Shown one piece after another: positions 62,651-64,000 of a stretch of 64,000 nt of DNA; within the stretch, counting starts at the first letter, position 1; each line of letters begins with the position of its first letter. Below the pieces are notes generated by a model that saw nothing but the letters and a program-made list of their open reading frames with translations, searched no databases and was not told the origin of the DNA. Source of the stretch: Convolutriloba macropyga (taxonomy: Eukaryota); contig NC_134480.1 of the NCBI RefSeq assembly GCF_964194025.1, positions 13,950,001-14,014,000 of the forward strand, written 5' to 3'. The translations under genes and the position numbers were made by a program.

Positions 62651-64000
62651 ATGGCCACCTGAACGGATACCGCTGGCATGCTTTTGCCGGAACCTTTTAA
62701 CCGCACGGGAGATACATCGGCATAAATAATTAAACTAGAGCAATTAAGTAATTTGCAAAGCTGATTGGCGCCTCGTAGAGATGCTGACGGTAATCTTGAG
62801 CTGAATGGTGATGGTAATCAGCTATACACTGATAAAAAACATCAGATTTTTTCACTCAGGTTAAGAGCTGGTTCAAAAAAAATTTATCAATCGCTGGACA
62901 ATGTTAACAGAAATAACTACAAAAGCCTTCAGAAGGCCTTTGAGAAACAATATCTAGAACCCCGAAATGTTTACGAGAAGCACTTAGAAAACGAACTCAG
63001 AGAGAGTCAGAGAAAGTTACCGAAATCTTGGCAGATCTAAAATTTCTCGAAGTAAAAGCATAAATTGATGATTCCGAGGAATTCAGAGAACATATTGTTA
63101 TGCAAGATTTTTTGGACGAACTGCTCTAAATAAGAAATCGGGAGAGAAAAAAAATATCCCTGGCTGGAGTTTTACAAAAAGCTGTACAATTGGATGCATT
63201 CTACAGTTTAGAGATTCTAAGCCACAGGTGGCGTTAATAATGGTTTAAATAGTGGTCCTCACCGAGTAGGATCCATTGGTATACTTCTCAATCGAATTGA
63301 TTTGATTGTGAATAAGGTGGGATCATTCAAATTTACTCTAATTCTGGGAGAAACTTCGGCCAATCAAGTATATCATATAAGCCAAACAAGTTTTTTCAAT
63401 CACCGAGACAGGGTTTTTGCTCGCAATCACTATAACTCTAGGGAGAGAGAGTACCAATACATATCAAAGTAAAAATGCACTTTCCTTGTCATCCGCATTT
63501 CGCAGAAACTCTTTTCGCTATCTCCTCCAAGGATTCTCTCTAATTCATCCCTCTCTCTAAGCGTCAATTGACGTTTTAATTTCAAAAAAGAAATTGTTTG
63601 CAACCGTAAAAGGCACACTGAAAACAATTTTCGCAACTGTTGGTCATGTGGATCTAGTTTTCATACAAGAAGAATCTGTCCACCAGCCAACACGTAATAA
63701 AAAATATATAGAATGTACATTGTCTCGTCGTGTTTACCAAAATGACACAACCGGAGCCAATATATGGGATTCAATCCCATTAGACTCGTCTTAAATCTTC
63801 CAAAATCCTCTTAACCGCTCAAATAGATTTTGGGGCCTTCATCAGTGTTATATGAGAATTAACTCGCGCGATGACGGACTCCTCCCTCGTTTGCTTTGTG
63901 TCATCTGACACTAAAAGAGGTGCCGCTTTGGTTTGTGGAAAAAACTCGTTTTTTGTGAACGGTTTCACGGCAGCGCAAAGGCTGTTGAAACTTTTTATGT
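62651..64000 (+). mobile_element. Decayed Ty3/Gypsy gag-protease relic (runs off window)
   Basis: Capsid-like YQSLD..RNNYKSLQKAFEKQY..QRESEKVTE; CCHC CWSCGSSFHTRRIC at 63638-63679; IDFGAFISVI (DSGA-like) at 63823-63852. Confidence 0.75.

Overview
AT-rich eukaryotic (metazoan-type) genomic DNA with spliceosomal introns; no prokaryotic features. The left half is dominated by one large, decayed Ty3/Gypsy LTR retroelement. The complete copy spans 17986-29568, with ~300-bp LTRs and a GTAT target-site duplication. Its architecture resembles a complex retrovirus: a very long Gag fused to PR-(RT core deleted)-RH-long spacer-IN, then ~4.8 kb of extra 3' sequence. That extra sequence holds a TATA-like tract with a hairpin cluster, a ~1,100-codon degenerate non-env ORF, and a final ATG-less frame that runs into the 3' LTR. 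Three tandem duplications (11.9 kb, 2.25 kb and 2.69 kb) each have a breakpoint inside this element, and the largest also copies the first exon of a trypsin-family protease gene. The right half contains a 4-exon class A GPCR gene whose first exon looks disrupted, a relic of a GPCR paralog, and an intact 2-exon C2H2 zinc-finger gene with two CtBP-binding PLDLS motifs. It also carries many old TE relics (Gypsy, CRE-like, CR1/L2-like, a possible Polinton protease, MITEs) and a 188-bp foldback. All calls were made by eye from motifs and pairwise comparison; no database searches were run.
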